Below are positions 9,082-13,338 of a stretch of DNA of 13,338 nt, one piece after another. A program made the translations under genes and the position numbers. The DNA is from Alphaproteobacteria bacterium (GTDB lineage Bacteria > Pseudomonadota > Alphaproteobacteria > UBA6615), in the NCBI GenBank assembly GCA_965261975.1, contig CBDHEC010000058.1:1-13338 (forward strand), read 5' to 3'. The stretch's first letter is position 1; the number at the start of each line of letters is the position of its first letter. Below the pieces are notes generated by a model. That model saw only the letters and a list, made by a program, of their open reading frames with translations. It made no database searches and had not been told where the DNA came from.

Positions 9082-12000
9082 TCAACCGCCTTCGTCGGGC
9101 GAAGGCTCCAGCACCTCTTTGTTAATCGCACCTGGTCCGTCCTCGCTGCCGAACCCCGTCAACAACCGGCGGATGATTCCCGGCGTCAGAACCGACAGCG
9201 GGTTTACAGAAACGTCGGGCTCATCGATCGAACCGGTGACACTGAACGTCGCCGCAAAGATGCCGTCTGCCCCGCCTGACAGCACGGAGCCGATCAACGG
9301 AATATTGGCGAGCAGGGAGTTCAGCGTATAGGCCGGTGCAATCTCGCCGGTCATCTCCAGCTGGTCGGTCTCCCGGTCAATCCGGCCACTTGTCAGGATT
9401 CCGATATCCGCGCCACGCGCCTTTGCTTCCTTGATGGTGACGTCCTTGTCCGTCAGCGTAAACGGGACCTCGACCCGACGAAATGTGAGCCCTTCTCCGC
9501 CCAGCACGTCCGCGATACCAGAAAACGATGTAAGCGCGAGAATCTGGGCCCCAACCGGTCCCTCGGTGAGGACAAAGTTCTGCATGTCCATTTGTCCCGC
9601 TATCACCTCGTCCTCACCCGACCCGGACATCTGGCCCTGGACGCGCATCTCGCCACCGCGGATCGTGTCGATCCAATCCAGTGCGGTCAGGACTCCCCCG
9701 GCATCGTCGGACTCAAAGTTCAGATTTCGCGCGGCACCGTCGGGCTCGACGCGCAGGAACACCCGTCCCCCATTCGACAATCGGCCGCGCAATTCCACAT
9801 CGGTCCAGTCGGTGCCATCGTTGAAGAACGTGCCAAAGGTACCCAGCAAACTTGTTTCCTCGCCAAGGCGAATTTCTCCCACCGGCGACTGCTCGCTAAT
9901 CACGACCTGCATCGCGGTATCTTCTTCGTCGCCTTCTTCCGAATCCTCGAACAGACCTTCCATCACCGGGCGCAGGTCCAAGGAAGCCCCACCCACCGAG
10001 ATGATCTGCGGCACCCCATCGGGCCATTCGATATTCACGAACGCATCGGTCTCGCCGAACACCAGCCGCTCGAGCGTCAAGCGCTGCAATTCGGGTCCAT
10101 CGGGGCCAGACCTGAATAAACCTGCTCCGTCAATTTCCAGGTCGCCCGAACGCACCGAAAGCTCGGGCATGGATGTCAAAATTTCGTCCTGCACCAGGAA
10201 CCGGACAAATGCACGCCCCTCTTCGCCGGGCATCTTCGTCCAGCCGAAGGGGTCCAAATCCACGGTTACATCAGCGAGATCTATCTCGGCTGCACCGATC
10301 GCCGCGCCATCCCAGCCGATTGCGTAAGTCAGGCCTACGCCCGCCGGGCCAGAGACGAACGGAATTCCGTCCAATCCGAATTCGATCCGCCCGGCGTCAT
10401 CCAGGTTCGTGCGCACCTTGTAGCGGGTCCGAACACCGTCACCCTCTTCGAAACGCTCATTCCAGGTCAGACCAACCGGCACATTGCCAATCTCGGCGGT
10501 ACCGCTGACCTCCATCCCGTCGCGATTCACGTTCAAGGTCAGATCGCCTTCGCTGACCGGCAGTCCGAACACGGCGTCCTCGGCGCCGAACTCCACCATC
10601 CGCGAAGCCGTCGCAACAGCGATCTGATCGATCAGGACGTCGTTGAGAAGCGGAAACGCGAATACAGCGTTGGTTCTGTGACTGCCGCTGGTGCGCGCCG
10701 GATCGAGGCCAAAACCAGAGATAAATCCAAGCGGTTCGCTGTCCAGAATCTCGAACGCATCGCGCACGGGCCCGGAAATCGTGACTTCGATTTTGATGTT
10801 CTCGCCGCGCGGCGGACCATTGAGCCCCAATATCTCGACCCGGCCGGACTCGGCCACAAGATCACCCAGGGTCCCGCCACCGAGATCGACATCGAAGTTT
10901 CGCGTGTCAAACCGTGCAACACCGAACACCTCGCGAACAGGCGGCAACGGCCGCAAGTAATGCACGGCCGTCTCACGAAAACGTATCTCGCCGTCATAGT
11001 CTGAAATTTCAAACCCGGCCGGGTCCGCCTCCGGAACACTGGCCCGCGCACGAACCACCGCGCTGTCGACATGGCCGTCTTTCAGATTCTCCGTGATCCA
11101 GGCCCGCGCGTTTGGCTCGACCTCCTCGGGCCAGTAGGTCTCGATTGAGTTGACCGGGAGGCTGCGCACCTCGGCGACAACACCAAGGTTCCATTGATCC
11201 AGGACATGACGCGCATTGCCATTCAGCAAAATCGTCGTCTCCCCCAGTTCGAGGGCCGCATTCTCAAGGACGAAGGTGTCGAGACCACGTTCCGATCGCA
11301 CCCGGAACGTCGCGGAATCGAAAGGAACCGGCGCATCAAACAGCGTGTCCAGCTGAACACGCCCCGCCCCCGCGCGCACGTCAACACTCATGCCCGACGG
11401 TTCAAGATCGGAATCCAGGGACAATGTCAGTATTCCCTCGAGATGCGCGTCGAGCTGGCCGAGCGGTTCGAGTTCCGGGGCAAACTTCGCCAGCGTGGCC
11501 GGCAGGACGTCACTGAACACAAGGCCGAGTTCCGTCGCACCGGATTCGGCCCGATAAATTCCCGACAGATCCGCGCGAATGGCTTTGTCGGACTCGCCGA
11601 ACACCACTGACCCTTCAGCACTGATACCTTCGGCATCCCTGACAAGAGCGATATTTGCGCGCGGCGTACTCATACGCATCCCACGCTTGAAATCATCGAA
11701 CTTGATCAGCGCGCTGCGCACCGCGACCCTTGTCAGGTAACCGCTTGCCAGATTCGGGTCAGGTGTCTGCAACAGTTCTTCAATCAACCCCGGCGTCGTT
11801 GCAGCGCTCCCGTCGGCCTGCGGGTTGTTTCCGATATCCATGCTGATATCGCCGCTCGCTTCGCGGACCACGCGCACACGCGGGCCAAACAACTCGAGAC
11901 TGGTTGGCGCCACCAGACCACGGAGCAACGCCCGGCCGCTGAACTTGACGGACATTTCCGGGATGGTCGCACGCACGCTGTCGCCGGAATCGACGAATTG

Positions 12001-12306
12001 CAGGCCGACGGCGCGAATATCCAGTTCCCGTTCATCCGCCGCCCAGGTCAGTATTGTGTCATGCAGGCGAATGCGCGCGTTGCCGCGCCCCGTGTCCAAT
12101 GCGCGCTCGATGAGTGGCGTCAAAAAGCTCAGGCTGATCGGGCCGCGGCTGAGCTGCCAGATCAGCACACCAAAGATCAGCGCCAACCCGACCAGGGCGG
12201 CGGCGAAAAACAACAGCAACCATCGCGAGCTCCGGACGATCAATGGAGGCCCTTTCGAGTAGCCCGATGCGGACAGGCGTGAACGCTTGACCGTCCCCCA
12301 CGCCAT
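9082..12306 (-). CDS. YhdP/AsmA-like envelope protein (DUF3971 + AsmA_2-type C-terminus), up to 1074 aa
   Basis: Single N-terminal TM helix (WLLLFFAAALVGLALIFGVLIW) followed by LSRGPISL, a long beta-rich body with YWPEEVEPNARAWITENL and HYLRPLPP, and C-terminal PAYTLNSLLANIPLIG...GIFAATFSVTG...VSVNPLSVLTPGIIRRL. The true start may be TTG 12243 (AAAGGG upstream). Confidence 0.85.
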   Translation of the reverse strand: MAWGTVKRSRLSASGYSKGPPLIVRSSRWLLLFFAAALVGLALIFGVLIWQLSRGPISLSFLTPLIERALDTGRGNARIRLHDTILTWAADERELDIRAVGLQFVDSGDSVRATIPEMSVKFSGRALLRGLVAPTSLELFGPRVRVVREASGDISMDIGNNPQADGSAATTPGLIEELLQTPDPNLASGYLTRVAVRSALIKFDDFKRGMRMSTPRANIALVRDAEGISAEGSVVFGESDKAIRADLSGIYRAESGATELGLVFSDVLPATLAKFAPELEPLGQLDAHLEGILTLSLDSDLEPSGMSVDVRAGAGRVQLDTLFDAPVPFDSATFRVRSERGLDTFVLENAALELGETTILLNGNARHVLDQWNLGVVAEVRSLPVNSIETYWPEEVEPNARAWITENLKDGHVDSAVVRARASVPEADPAGFEISDYDGEIRFRETAVHYLRPLPPVREVFGVARFDTRNFDVDLGGGTLGDLVAESGRVEILGLNGPPRGENIKIEVTISGPVRDAFEILDSEPLGFISGFGLDPARTSGSHRTNAVFAFPLLNDVLIDQIAVATASRMVEFGAEDAVFGLPVSEGDLTLNVNRDGMEVSGTAEIGNVPVGLTWNERFEEGDGVRTRYKVRTNLDDAGRIEFGLDGIPFVSGPAGVGLTYAIGWDGAAIGAAEIDLADVTVDLDPFGWTKMPGEEGRAFVRFLVQDEILTSMPELSVRSGDLEIDGAGLFRSGPDGPELQRLTLERLVFGETDAFVNIEWPDGVPQIISVGGASLDLRPVMEGLFEDSEEGDEEDTAMQVVISEQSPVGEIRLGEETSLLGTFGTFFNDGTDWTDVELRGRLSNGGRVFLRVEPDGAARNLNFESDDAGGVLTALDWIDTIRGGEMRVQGQMSGSGEDEVIAGQMDMQNFVLTEGPVGAQILALTSFSGIADVLGGEGLTFRRVEVPFTLTDKDVTIKEAKARGADIGILTSGRIDRETDQLEMTGEIAPAYTLNSLLANIPLIGSVLSGGADGIFAATFSVTGSIDEPDVSVNPLSVLTPGIIRRLLTGFGSEDGPGAINKEVLEPSPDEGG

Positions 12307-12338
12307 ACAGCAGTCTGCGTGAAAATCAAGCGGCCCTC

Positions 12339-13338
12339 ATGAGCTTTGCATTCTCGCCATATCCTGACCAGTTGCCGCGCCCGGCCGATCTCGAAAAGGT
12401 CGAACGGGGGCTGGAACGATTCCGCGACGCAGCCGCTGAATCCGATGACCCTGCCGTCTCGGAAATCATCACGCAACTGGCCGAAAACCCTGACATGTGC
12501 AGTTTGCTCGAAGGCGTTTTCGGTAACAGTGGTTTCCTGGGCCAATGCCTGGTTCGCGATGTCGCGTTTGCGCCGGTAATTTTCAACGGTGGTTTCGATC
12601 AGGCATTCGAGAATGTGATGCAAGATCTCGCGACCATGGACCCCGCCGCAAGCTTTGCCGACACCGGCACCATGTTGCGGCGTGCCAAACGGCGCGTTGC
12701 GCTTCTCACGGCATTGGCCGACCTGTCAGGCAACTGGCCGCTGGCCGGCGTCACCGAGAAACTGAGCCAGTTCTGCGGCGCGGCCTTGTCTGCCGCGATT
12801 CGTCATCTGCTGACGGCGGAACATGCACGCGGACGTCTTCGATTGCCGAACCCGGATTCACCCGAAACCGATTGCGGGTACATCGTGCTCGGCATGGGAA
12901 AACTCGGCGCATTCGAACTCAACTATTCCAGCGATATCGACCTTATCGTGTTGTATGACCACGACGTCGTACCGACGGCCGATGCGGACAGAATGCAGCA
13001 GAACCTGGTGCGCATGACCCGCGACCTCGTCAAGTTGATGGATGAGCGGACCGGCGAGGGCTATGTCTTTCGTACCGATCTGAGATTACGTCCAGACCCG
13101 GGTGCCACGCCGGTCGCGCTCTCCACATTCGCCGCCGAAACCTATTACGAGAGCCTGGGGCAAAACTGGGAGCGGGCGGCCATGATCAAGGCGCGTCCGG
13201 TGGCCGGTGACATTGCCGCGGGACATCGGTTTCTGGACAGCCTGCAGCCCTTCGTCTGGCGGCGGCATCTCGATTTCGCGGCCATCGAGGACATCCAGTC
13301 GATCAAGCGACAAATCCATGCCCACAAGGGCGGCAGCA
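12339..13338 (+). CDS. glnE: Bifunctional glutamine synthetase adenylyltransferase/adenylyl-removing enzyme (5' 333 codons; runs off the window)
   Basis: Manual translation from ATG 12339 is open to the window end: MSFAFSPYPDQLPRP...LRRAKRRVALLTALADL...VLGMGKLGAFELNYSSDIDLIVLYD...GYVFRTDLRLRPDPG...GQNWERAAMIKAR...PFVWRRHLDFAAIEDIQSIKRQI. Absent from the ORF track. Confidence 0.96.
   Translation, partial: MSFAFSPYPDQLPRPADLEKVERGLERFRDAAAESDDPAVSEIITQLAENPDMCSLLEGVFGNSGFLGQCLVRDVAFAPVIFNGGFDQAFENVMQDLATMDPAASFADTGTMLRRAKRRVALLTALADLSGNWPLAGVTEKLSQFCGAALSAAIRHLLTAEHARGRLRLPNPDSPETDCGYIVLGMGKLGAFELNYSSDIDLIVLYDHDVVPTADADRMQQNLVRMTRDLVKLMDERTGEGYVFRTDLRLRPDPGATPVALSTFAAETYYESLGQNWERAAMIKARPVAGDIAAGHRFLDSLQPFVWRRHLDFAAIEDIQSIKRQIHAHKGGS

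Noticed and set aside
9119-12282. Several plus-strand ORFs inside the YhdP-like gene
   Set aside because: Antisense shadows with no motifs.

Overview
GC-rich alphaproteobacterial core-genome segment (Rhodospirillales-like by protein style and gene order; this is inference). The left half is a minus-strand Fe-S biogenesis operon: cysE - iscR - two tandem group I cysteine desulfurases - sufB - sufC (cut by the window edge). Upstream of it is a clear type 1 IscR operator lying over a sigma70-like promoter. Divergent from the operon is a COG2945-type alpha/beta hydrolase, followed by anmK (-), tyrS (+), a YhdP/AsmA-like (DUF3971 + AsmA_2) envelope protein (-) and the 5' part of glnE (+). sufB and sufC carry three frame breaks within the first 1 kb, most likely sequencing errors. 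I saw no mobile element, CRISPR array or RNA gene, and no convincingly novel system. The best leads are the ISC-front/SUF-back operon with paired desulfurases, the paired IscR-like operator, and the acidic-tailed hydrolase that shares that control region.
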